Position numbers and translations under genes: made by a program. From Candidatus Latescibacterota bacterium (lineage in GTDB: Bacteria > Latescibacterota > UBA2968 > GCA-2709665), in NCBI GenBank assembly GCA_965219995.1, contig CBDCOX010000002.1:1088001-1152000 (forward strand): 64,000 nucleotides of DNA, in the 5' to 3' direction. The notes under the pieces are model-generated. The model searched no databases, was not told where the DNA came from, and was given only the letters and a program-made list of their open reading frames with translations. Position 1 is the first letter of the stretch. Every line of letters starts with the position of its first letter. This document shows, piece after piece, positions 38,642 through 47,167 of the stretch.

Positions 38642-39628
38642 ATGCACACGATCACCTGCGCCGTCGTGGGGTACGGCGGCATCGCGGGCTTTCACACGCG
38701 GGCATTCCAGCGTATTCCGGGAGTCCGGCTTCGCACGGTCGTCGGTCGCAGACCCGGGCCCACCGAATCATTCCGGGATGCCTGGGACTTTGAGAATGCC
38801 ACGACCCGTTATGAAGACGTCCTGGCCGATTGTGAGATCGATGCGGTCGTAATCGCCTCCCCCAGCGAGCTTCACTACGAACAGACCCGGATGGCTCTGG
38901 AATCCGGCAAGAACGTCCTGGTTGAGATCCCTCTGGCGCTTTCGCACAAAGGCGCCGCCGAGATTGCCGGTCTTGCGGAAAAGTCCGGCAAGAGACTCCT
39001 GGTTGCGCATACCCGCCGTTTCAACCGGGCAGGACGGTATATTAAGGATTTCATCGCGAACGGCAAAGCAGGCCGCGTGCACCAGCACCATATTCACGAA
39101 TTTCAATTACGCCGCGAAAACGTCGGCTGGACCGGCTACAGGCGGAGTTGGACGGACGACGTCCTGTTCCACCACGGTTGCCACGTGCTCGACTACTCCC
39201 TCTGGACCATCGACGAACCCGTTCGCCGGATTCGCGGCGAGCTCAGCCCGCTCGACGCAGCAACCGGCACGTCGCTCGACGTCAGCATGCTCGTACGTTA
39301 CACCTCGGAAACCATTGCTTCGCTCAGTCTTTCCTACAACGCCCGTACGGGCGTCAACAACAATATCTATCTGTGCGACGCGGGTACCCTCGTCGTCTCG
39401 GGCAATCAGGTCGCGCTGAACGGCAAAGTCCTCTTCGATAGCGACGACACCCTCGACGACGACGTGCTGGCTCAGAACGTCGAATTCATCGAATCGATTC
39501 GCCAAGACAGGCAGCCTGAATGCGACGCGGGCCAGGCCCTGGAAGCGCTGGATCTGCTCCAGCAGATTTACGACCAGTCAATTACGATGGAAAACCCGGA
39601 CAAATACAAACGGATGTGGGAGAATTAA
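38642..39628 (+). CDS. Gfo/Idh/MocA oxidoreductase
   Basis: VVGYGGIA, ASPSELH, VLVEIP, HHGCHVLD. Confidence 0.88.
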   Translation: MHTITCAVVGYGGIAGFHTRAFQRIPGVRLRTVVGRRPGPTESFRDAWDFENATTRYEDVLADCEIDAVVIASPSELHYEQTRMALESGKNVLVEIPLALSHKGAAEIAGLAEKSGKRLLVAHTRRFNRAGRYIKDFIANGKAGRVHQHHIHEFQLRRENVGWTGYRRSWTDDVLFHHGCHVLDYSLWTIDEPVRRIRGELSPLDAATGTSLDVSMLVRYTSETIASLSLSYNARTGVNNNIYLCDAGTLVVSGNQVALNGKVLFDSDDTLDDDVLAQNVEFIESIRQDRQPECDAGQALEALDLLQQIYDQSITMENPDKYKRMWEN

Positions 39629-39984
39629 CGATCAGGGATTGCCTGCGTCGCTTCGGGTACGTATTCCGGCCTCGGCGGGGAGAATACGTCGATGACAAGA
39701 CTGTCTTCCAGTACCCGTGAACGATGGGGCTCGTTCGGCGCAAAGTGGAAGAACGTCCCCGCCTCAAACACGTAACGCGTTTCCGGTTCCCCCACGAAGA
39801 ATTCAATCCGACCCCGGATGACGTACCCCATCTGCTCCTCGGGATGCCGGTGCGCCCCGAACTCAGCTCCCGCCCTGACCTCGTACCGGGTCAACATCAG
39901 ACTCTCTCCGCTCATCGTACGGCGTACGGAAAGATCCGATATCGACTTTGGCGCTAAATCTTTATCTTGCACAACCAGAGCCAT
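39625..39984 (-). CDS. Cupin domain protein
   Basis: HRHPEEQMGY...G...PNEPH...DVFSPPR; AAGGAG RBS. Confidence 0.9.
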   Translation of the reverse strand: MALVVQDKDLAPKSISDLSVRRTMSGESLMLTRYEVRAGAEFGAHRHPEEQMGYVIRGRIEFFVGEPETRYVFEAGTFFHFAPNEPHRSRVLEDSLVIDVFSPPRPEYVPEATQAIPDR

Positions 39985-40144
39985 TTATATCACTCCTTTA
40001 CATATTCAGATTAATCGAACCGGATCGAAATCTGACGGGTCGAGGCGAGGGTATTCATCGCAGAACGGACACGCAACGTCTCTTTGAAGCGACGATCGCC
40101 AACCCCCTTCGGCAGCAGGACGTGGAGAAGCGCCTCGTTCGGGT

Positions 40145-40693
40145 TTACACCACCATTTCAATCAACCCCACGCTCTTCTTATCCAGTTCGTGCAGGTCAG
40201 CGACCTCGAACCGGTTCCCGTCCACGTCCAGGATCATCATACGCTTCTCACTCAGCCACCGGGCGCTTTCGGCCACGTTTTTGGCTACGAATTCCCTCCT
40301 TCCGCGATCCGTACTGACATCCCAGTATGAGACTCCGTATTCGTTCCGTATCGCATGCACACGCTCAACCCGGGACGTCATGTAGCGGCGCGCCAGTTCC
40401 TCCCGGACGATGACCCTGGTGTCCGGCGGCAATTCCAGAATGTCATCCGCCATGCAAATCACCTCGTCCTTCGAATCCAGGAAGCAAATGTAGCGATCCG
40501 GTTCTGACAGGGGCGCCGCTCGAACGATCTTCAATGCGAGATAGGAACGATCGCCTTCGATGGTCAGTCGAAGGCGCCATGCCGGTTCCCGGAAGAGGCG
40601 GATCTTGCGTGGGTCCACGCGCTCCGGGTGCGGTACGTCAATCGGCGTTGGTTTTGACTCGCCACGTTCCATTGATTCCTTGTTCCTGTTCAA
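40145..40693 (-). CDS. DUF1854 domain protein
   Basis: VRAAPLSEPDRYI, ELARRY, YWDVSTDRG, DVDGNRF, LDKKS. Confidence 0.85.
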   Translation of the reverse strand: MNRNKESMERGESKPTPIDVPHPERVDPRKIRLFREPAWRLRLTIEGDRSYLALKIVRAAPLSEPDRYICFLDSKDEVICMADDILELPPDTRVIVREELARRYMTSRVERVHAIRNEYGVSYWDVSTDRGRREFVAKNVAESARWLSEKRMMILDVDGNRFEVADLHELDKKSVGLIEMVV

Positions 40694-40696
40694 TGC

Positions 40697-42931
40697 TCAA
40701 TCCTTTCCCGAGTCGTCTTTGCCCCCGCCGACAGCCATCACCGCCGTCGTCTCCTTCTGCTGATTCACCAGGCGGTGAAAGATACCCCGACGTGACATCA
40801 ACTCCAGATGGGTCCCCACTTCCGCCACCCGGCCGTCGTCCAGGACGATGAGCCGGTCCGCACTGCGAAGCGTGGAGAGACGGTGCGCGATGGCGAATGT
40901 CGTACGGCCCTCGACCAGCCGTGAGATCGCCGTTTGGATCTTTCGCTCCGTCCGGGTATCCAGCGACGAGGTCGCTTCATCCAGAATCAGAATTCTCGGA
41001 TCGTGAAGGATCGCGCGGGCGATGGATATCCGCTGCTTCTCACCGCCTGAGAGGTTCCCTCCTTTCTCTCCCACCTTCATATCGTATCCATCCGGCTTGC
41101 CGACGATGAACTCGTGGGCTTCGGCAGCGACCGCCGCCTGAACGACCTCGCCGAACGTTGCGTCCTGCTTGCCGTAGGCGATATTCTCGGTAATCGTTCC
41201 GTCAAATAGAAAGGGCTCCTGCTGAACCATTCCGATCTGCGACCTCAGGTCTGTCAGGCGGACCTCCCTCGTGTCCAACCCGTCGATCTCGATGCGCCCG
41301 CGGTCCGGGTCGTAGAACCTGCAGATCAGATTGATCAAGGTGGATTTGCCCGCGCCCGACCTGCCCACGAGCCCGATCATCTCACCGGGTCTGACGGACA
41401 GGTCTATCCCTTTCAGGACCGGTTTTCCCGGGTCATACCCGAAATCCACATCCTGGAACACAATCCGTCCCTCCATGCGCGGCAACGGCGAGGCATCCGC
41501 CGATTCGTAAGGTTCCGAGCCTGAATCCACGACCTCGAAAATCCGCTCTGCGCCGGCAAACGCACGCAGGACAATATTGTAGAGTTCGCCAAACCACCGC
41601 AGCGGCTGGTATAACATCCACAGATAGCTGATGAAGGCAACCAGCGCCCCCAGCGTCATCTCCCCACGAAGGATCTGACGACCACCAAAATACCAGACCA
41701 GAAATACACCCCAACTCATCATAAAATTCGTGACGGTAAAAAAGACGAACCAGTTCCGTTCGCTCGCCACAACCACGGCGCGCAGATCCTCATTCCGCCG
41801 GTCGAACCTGTCGCTTTCCCTGGTCTCCTGTGCAAACGCCTTCACAACCCTGATGCCGGTAATAGATTCACTCAAGTGTGCCGAGAGCCGCGACCACTTG
41901 ACGCCCCAACGCGTCCAATAGCCCATCATTCGCTTCCAGATGCGGCTTCCGACCACGACGATCGGCGGGACCGGCAACAGGACCAACAGGGTAAGTTCCC
42001 AATTTGTTACCAGCAGAAGGCCCAGAATTCCTGTAAACAGGAGCAGCCGGGAAAGGAAATAGGGAAGATCTGACGCCAGAAAACCCTCCAGTCTGTCCGA
42101 ATCGTTCGACATCCTGGAGATGAGACTGCCTACGGTTCGGCGATCGTAGAACCGCAATGGCAGAAACAGCAGTTTCCGGTAGAGATCCGACCGGATGTCC
42201 TGCACACCTCCGTGCCCCATTCGCTGGGCCAGCCATTCCAGGACCACCGATGCGGCCCACAACGACAGTTGCACTCCCAGAAGTCCGAGCACCAGCAGGA
42301 TCAGGAGGTTGAAATCGCTTCCCGGCACAAGCGCGTCATCGATGATGTGCTGTGTGATTCTGGGCGGCAGCAGTTCCAACGCGGTCGTCAGCAACGTCAA
42401 CAGTACGACGGAGATCAACCGCCACGGGCGGGCCATCAGATACCGCAGCAGGCGACGCAGCGTATGCCATTTCCGGATGCATGCCGCGCAGACGCCGTCC
42501 TTCTCCGGCAACAGGCGGCCGCACCTGTCGCACCGTGACCGCTCCACCCGTTCCGGCAGCGATAGTTCCTCTGCCTCGGACAACTGCCGGATGCCCTCGG
42601 CTACCTCGGAGAATTTCGGCATCAATGACTGTGAAAACGGCACATAAATCGGCTCCGCTCCCCGCCGTTCCACGGTCAGTCGGCCGCCTCCCACCAACGC
42701 GTCTATCCCGGCGCCCGTTACGTCTTCCATACGCACTACGACGATGCCGCTCTCGCTCTCGCAAGGAATCAATAGCAATCGGGTTTCCGTCACCAGCAGC
42801 CATTGCCGGCCGTAATGCCAATCGGGCGACAGATCCGACGACACCTGCACGAGCGTGGGCTCGTCGTTCAGTCCTCGTGCACCGAGGTGTTCCAGCACGG
42901 CTTCCGGCAGGGGTTCTCTAAACGCCTGCAT
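40697..42931 (-). CDS. ABC exporter (TMD+NBD) with N-terminal extra domain and CxxC-x10-CxxC motif, paralogue B
   Basis: GRSGAGKST, LSGGEKQR, LILDEATSSLD, AHRLST; CDRCGRLLPEKDGVCAAC. Start placed at ATG 42931. Confidence 0.93.
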   Translation of the reverse strand: MQAFREPLPEAVLEHLGARGLNDEPTLVQVSSDLSPDWHYGRQWLLVTETRLLLIPCESESGIVVVRMEDVTGAGIDALVGGGRLTVERRGAEPIYVPFSQSLMPKFSEVAEGIRQLSEAEELSLPERVERSRCDRCGRLLPEKDGVCAACIRKWHTLRRLLRYLMARPWRLISVVLLTLLTTALELLPPRITQHIIDDALVPGSDFNLLILLVLGLLGVQLSLWAASVVLEWLAQRMGHGGVQDIRSDLYRKLLFLPLRFYDRRTVGSLISRMSNDSDRLEGFLASDLPYFLSRLLLFTGILGLLLVTNWELTLLVLLPVPPIVVVGSRIWKRMMGYWTRWGVKWSRLSAHLSESITGIRVVKAFAQETRESDRFDRRNEDLRAVVVASERNWFVFFTVTNFMMSWGVFLVWYFGGRQILRGEMTLGALVAFISYLWMLYQPLRWFGELYNIVLRAFAGAERIFEVVDSGSEPYESADASPLPRMEGRIVFQDVDFGYDPGKPVLKGIDLSVRPGEMIGLVGRSGAGKSTLINLICRFYDPDRGRIEIDGLDTREVRLTDLRSQIGMVQQEPFLFDGTITENIAYGKQDATFGEVVQAAVAAEAHEFIVGKPDGYDMKVGEKGGNLSGGEKQRISIARAILHDPRILILDEATSSLDTRTERKIQTAISRLVEGRTTFAIAHRLSTLRSADRLIVLDDGRVAEVGTHLELMSRRGIFHRLVNQQKETTAVMAVGGGKDDSGKD

Positions 42932-43005
42932 TTCCACTCCAGCTCCTGTCCTGTCCCAAAAAACCCTCACCACTCTTCCGCATCGCGGTTTTTGTCTAAT
43001 TAAGG

Positions 43006-45234
43006 CTAAGCCTTCACGGCGATGATTTCCGACACCTCCTGTTGCAACTTCACCAGATTGAAGAACACGCCCTGTCTGGAGAGCAATTCTCCGTGCGTTC
43101 CGACTTCCACAATCCGCCCGTCTTCCAGTACAACAAGCCGGTCCGCATTCCGAAGCGTGGAGAGCCTGTGCGCGATTGCGAACGTCGTCCGTCCGCGCAC
43201 CAGTCGCGACACCGCTTCCTGAATCTGGACCTCCGTCTGAACGTCCACGCTGGACGTCGCCTCGTCCAGAATCAGGATCCGGGGATCGTGCAGAATCGCC
43301 CGGGCAAGGGACACCCGTTGCCGTTCACCTCCGGACAGGTTTCCGCCCCGCTCCCCGACCTCTGAATCATATCCGTCGTCTCTCGCAACGATAAAGTCGT
43401 GCGCATTGGCCGCCTTCGCCGCCTCGATGATCTCGTGGAGGCTCGCGCCCGGTTTTCCATACCCGATATTCTCCGCGACGGTTCCGGTAAACAGAAACGG
43501 CTCCTGGAGTACAATGCCGATTTGCGCCCGCAGATCTTCCAGCCGGATCTTCCGGATATCGACCCCGTCGATTTCGATCCCTCCGCTGTCCACGTCGTAG
43601 AACCTGCAGATCAGATTCACCGTGGTGGTCTTTCCCACGCCCGATCTGCCGACAAGCCCGACCATTTCGCCGGTCTTGACATCGAGGTCGATCTCGTGCA
43701 GCACGGGTTTGGACTTATCGTACCCGAAGGTCACGTCCCTGAACCGAACGTGTCCCCTCATTTCGGGCATCGGGGTCGCGCCGGGGTCCTCATAGGCTTC
43801 CGGCGGCGTATCGGTGATCTCGAAGATGCGCTCGGCCCCCGCAAAGGCCCGGGTCATCCAGTTATTGACCATTCCGAACCACTGCAGGGGTCCGTAGAGC
43901 AGCCACATATAGCCGTAAAACGCCATCAACGTACCCAGTGTCAAACGGCCCCCCAGCACCTCCTGACCGCCAAAGAACCAGACGATCAATACGCCCAGAC
44001 CGGCCAGAAAATTCGTTGTGGCCGCAAATACGGCCCAGCTTGTTTCCGCCCGAACCGCCCGCCCCGTGAGTTTCCGGTTGATCTTCTCGAACGCCCCGAT
44101 CTCGCGCTTCTCCTGCGCGAACGCCTTCACCACGCGAATGCCCGACAGGGCCTCGTTGACGCGGCCTGTCAATTCCGACCAGCTTCTGAACCATCTGGCG
44201 TAGAACCTTCGCATCCTCCTCCAGCAGAATACCGCGCCCAGCACGACCAGCGGCGCGGGGATGATTACGTAGACGGTCAACTGCCAGTGCATCGCCAGAA
44301 GGGCCGCCAATATGCCCACAAGCGTAAGGCTGTTGATGACGAGATAGGGCAATCCGTCCACCAGGAAATCTTCCAACCGACCGCTGTCCCGGGTCACACG
44401 GGACATCAATGCGCCGACCTGGCGATTGTCGTAAAACTGAAGCGACAGCAACTCAAGGCGCCGGTAGAGCTGACTTCGAATGTCCGCCGTCATTCTGGCG
44501 CCCAGCCAGGTCACCGTCCATCCATGAAGCCATTCCGCCCCCCAGGTCAACGTCCGCACGCCCACCAGCGCAAGCACAAGCAGCATCAGCCGGTCCAGCC
44601 GATCGCTGTACGCCGGTGACTCTCCCGTTACCAGAACGTCATCCACGATCAGCCGGGTAATCTGAGGCGGGATCAATTCGGCCGCCGTTGTCAACACCGA
44701 CGCAAACGCAAGCAGCGCGGCACGGCCCCTATAGGGCCTCATATAACTGGCGATCCGGGCCAGCGTATCCATCCGATTCATGCAGGCAGGGCAGATTCCG
44801 TTCTTCTCGGGCAGTAGGCGGTCGCACGTTTCGCATCGGGTTCTGTCCAGAGACATGCGAACGTTCGGCGTCCGGGCATTCGTGAGTTGCTCGATCCCAC
44901 GGGCCACTTCCGAAAACTTCTGGGCCTGGGTCTGAGAATAGGGCACGCAAACCAACGGGTGCGCCGCTCGCTCGATTTCCAGGTATGCGCCTCCCACCAG
45001 CGCTTCCGTACGAGCGCCGACCACGTCCTTCAATGGAATCTCGACCACGCCGTGTATGCCGCGCTCGTCCAGCACGAGGATCCTTCGTTCCGTCACGACC
45101 AGCCACTGAGCGCCGAAATTCCCCGCCGCATCCAGGTCCGAACACACCCGAATCAACGGGTTTTCGGTGTCTTGCAGCATCGAACTGCAGCGAGCCAGGA
45201 TTCCGGTAGACGGTGTTTCAAGCAATGTGTCCAT
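43006..45234 (-). CDS. ABC exporter (TMD+NBD) with N-terminal extra domain and CxxC-x10-CxxC motif, paralogue A
   Basis: GRSGVGKTT, LSGGERQR, LILDEATSSVD, AHRLST; CETCDRLLPEKNGICPAC. Confidence 0.93.
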   Translation of the reverse strand: MDTLLETPSTGILARCSSMLQDTENPLIRVCSDLDAAGNFGAQWLVVTERRILVLDERGIHGVVEIPLKDVVGARTEALVGGAYLEIERAAHPLVCVPYSQTQAQKFSEVARGIEQLTNARTPNVRMSLDRTRCETCDRLLPEKNGICPACMNRMDTLARIASYMRPYRGRAALLAFASVLTTAAELIPPQITRLIVDDVLVTGESPAYSDRLDRLMLLVLALVGVRTLTWGAEWLHGWTVTWLGARMTADIRSQLYRRLELLSLQFYDNRQVGALMSRVTRDSGRLEDFLVDGLPYLVINSLTLVGILAALLAMHWQLTVYVIIPAPLVVLGAVFCWRRMRRFYARWFRSWSELTGRVNEALSGIRVVKAFAQEKREIGAFEKINRKLTGRAVRAETSWAVFAATTNFLAGLGVLIVWFFGGQEVLGGRLTLGTLMAFYGYMWLLYGPLQWFGMVNNWMTRAFAGAERIFEITDTPPEAYEDPGATPMPEMRGHVRFRDVTFGYDKSKPVLHEIDLDVKTGEMVGLVGRSGVGKTTTVNLICRFYDVDSGGIEIDGVDIRKIRLEDLRAQIGIVLQEPFLFTGTVAENIGYGKPGASLHEIIEAAKAANAHDFIVARDDGYDSEVGERGGNLSGGERQRVSLARAILHDPRILILDEATSSVDVQTEVQIQEAVSRLVRGRTTFAIAHRLSTLRNADRLVVLEDGRIVEVGTHGELLSRQGVFFNLVKLQQEVSEIIAVKA

Positions 45235-45261
45235 ATCGCTCGACTTCGCAGATATTCACCC

Positions 45262-45288
45262 AAAAACGCCATCGACTGGCGAATGGCG
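45262..45288 (-). terminator. Terminator-like hairpin between the CBM9-like gene and ABC gene A
   Basis: Minus strand CGCCAT...ATGGCG followed by TTTTT. Confidence 0.5.
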
Positions 45289-45367
45289 ACATCCAGATAC
45301 ACGCGTGACACGTCCGGCGGGCGGCAGCAGCGTCAATCGGTTGGCACGATTCGCCTTTCCCGCAGGT

Positions 45368-46012
45368 TCACTTCTGAAGTTCCAGCCTGCCCCACAGGCT
45401 CGGATCGTACGATACCGGAAGCGGCTTGTCGGCGGTCCAGAATTGTCGTCCCTGTTTCCGGTCCTGGAGCAGATAGGTGAATCCGAACAGGCGGTTTTCT
45501 TCCGGGTCGAACCCTGTCAACGCTTCCGCCGGCAAATGGACCTCCATCCTGTATCCGGTTCCGGATGCATCGCTGGCCACCTTCAACTCGGAAGGGTCGC
45601 GAAGCTTCGAATGTGCTCGGGCCCTGCGGATTGCCACCTGACCTCCTCTCGCCTTCCGGTTTCCCGAACCGGGCAGGAAATAGAAGTGGTGGCAGTACCG
45701 GCTCGCCCGGTGCGCGTTCCGGACGTCGCGGGTATCCACCCATACCTGCAAGCCATCCCCCTGTAACGGACTTCGTTCGTCCACCTTCGCGGCCGCTGCC
45801 TTTTTCACGTCTGCTGCGAAATAGAGACCGCGTTCGTTCCAGGCAGCGTATATGTCGGCAAACGCCTCCCGTCCCTCCAGTGCCGTAAGGTCCGGAATCC
45901 GGTACTGCGCGCCCCAGTCGTTCAAGTCTCCGTCGATGACCGGTGGATCTTTGCGGTACGGGCACGTCCACGCGAAACTGAAGAAGGCGCGACTGGGGAT
46001 TTTCAGATTCAT
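45368..46012 (-). CDS. CBM9/DOMON-like sugar-binding domain protein, no signal peptide
   Basis: PPVIDGDLNDW, AWNERGLYFA, GDGLQVWVD, GYRMEVHLP, PSLWGRLEL. Confidence 0.75.
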   Translation of the reverse strand: MNLKIPSRAFFSFAWTCPYRKDPPVIDGDLNDWGAQYRIPDLTALEGREAFADIYAAWNERGLYFAADVKKAAAAKVDERSPLQGDGLQVWVDTRDVRNAHRASRYCHHFYFLPGSGNRKARGGQVAIRRARAHSKLRDPSELKVASDASGTGYRMEVHLPAEALTGFDPEENRLFGFTYLLQDRKQGRQFWTADKPLPVSYDPSLWGRLELQK

Positions 46013-46017
46013 CGGAC

Positions 46018-47070
46018 CTACTCTCCGGCCGGCAACACCAGGTTGCCCGCTTTCTGTACGACCGCCGAATTCTCCATTGTGTTTCCCTGGAGGAGAATCG
46101 GCCGGTTCGTACCGGTCTGGTCGTTGACGACCAGGTCGACATTCCGGAAGTGATTTCCGGTAACCGCCATGCCCGCGCCGGTAAGCCAGAGTGGCAATCG
46201 CTGTGCCCGGTCCGGCCCACGGATCACGTTTCCTGAAACGGTCGAATCAAGTCCGCGCACATCCATCGCCAATCCCAGATCCCCTCCATCGTCGACCATC
46301 ACGACATTGCCCGATACCACATGACCCTCGGAATCTGCCCAGGACCGGAAGGCGATATCCAGGTCGCCGCCGTCAAGCACATGCACCACGTTGTTCGCCA
46401 TAACGATCGAATCTCCCCCATCGGATCCAACCGCAACGTGCGTTCGACCAGTTATCTCAACGAAATTGCCCGTGACGAATCCCGGACCGCCCAGGAGTTC
46501 CACGGCGTCTGAATTCGCATTGCCCAGACGGTTGTTGACGACCCGCATGTTGGGCCCCTGCAGCATGATGCCCAGGCGCCGTGAATTCAGTACCGTGCAA
46601 TTTTCAATTGTGATATTGTGGGTCGGTCGTGGACAGGAGCCGCCGGGTTCCGCGCAGAATGCCTTGATGCCGTTGTATTCGAACCGACCGTGGGAGACAT
46701 TCAGAAACTCAGCGCCGTCATACGGATTCTGATCTCGATTCTGGTCCACCCAGAGATCCCGTATTGTGATATTTCCCACGCCGTTTCCTATGATGCGAAT
46801 TACGTTCGTATTCTGTCCGGGCGCCAGAATCAGCCGTGTTGCCGCGCCCTGTCCTGCCAGCGTCACATTGCTGCGGTCGATGATCAACCCGCCGAGCGAA
46901 CCCTCCACCTTGCGGATATCATAGACGCCGTCCATCAGGTTCACCGTGCCGCCCGAGGGCGGAAGCGCGCGAATCGCCGCGTAGATTTCCTCCTGATCGC
47001 CGCACCCGTCGCCGACGAAATCGGCTGCGGCCCTGGACTTGTGAGACGAATCTCGGGTTGCGACGACCAT
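46018..47070 (-). CDS. Right-handed parallel beta-helix protein (pectate lyase/tailspike-like), no signal peptide
   Basis: DGCGDQEEIYAAIRALPPSGGTVNL cap; Asn-ladder repeats (VVNN, VTGN, MANN, VSGN); GGAGG RBS. Confidence 0.8.
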   Translation of the reverse strand: MVVATRDSSHKSRAAADFVGDGCGDQEEIYAAIRALPPSGGTVNLMDGVYDIRKVEGSLGGLIIDRSNVTLAGQGAATRLILAPGQNTNVIRIIGNGVGNITIRDLWVDQNRDQNPYDGAEFLNVSHGRFEYNGIKAFCAEPGGSCPRPTHNITIENCTVLNSRRLGIMLQGPNMRVVNNRLGNANSDAVELLGGPGFVTGNFVEITGRTHVAVGSDGGDSIVMANNVVHVLDGGDLDIAFRSWADSEGHVVSGNVVMVDDGGDLGLAMDVRGLDSTVSGNVIRGPDRAQRLPLWLTGAGMAVTGNHFRNVDLVVNDQTGTNRPILLQGNTMENSAVVQKAGNLVLPAGE

Positions 47071-47167
47071 CGTTTCCCTCCTCGTGAAGAAGGCGAAGAG
47101 CCCTGATCAGGTCCTGTTGCCGCGCGGTTTGGACCTCTTGCCTCTCGAATGAGAACGCACGGCCGAG

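Noticed and set aside
40697-45234. Bacteriocin/RiPP peptidase-containing exporter
   Set aside because: The N-terminal domains lack the C39 Q...DCG motif, and no precursor peptide or modification enzyme is adjacent.
45341-45357. Sigma54 promoter (TTGGCACGATTCGCC)
   Set aside because: The -12 TTGC element is missing and the site points antisense into the CBM9-like gene.
46018-47070. Prophage tailspike remnant
   Set aside because: The beta-helix cap resembles tailspikes, but there are no phage structural, integrase or lysis genes nearby.
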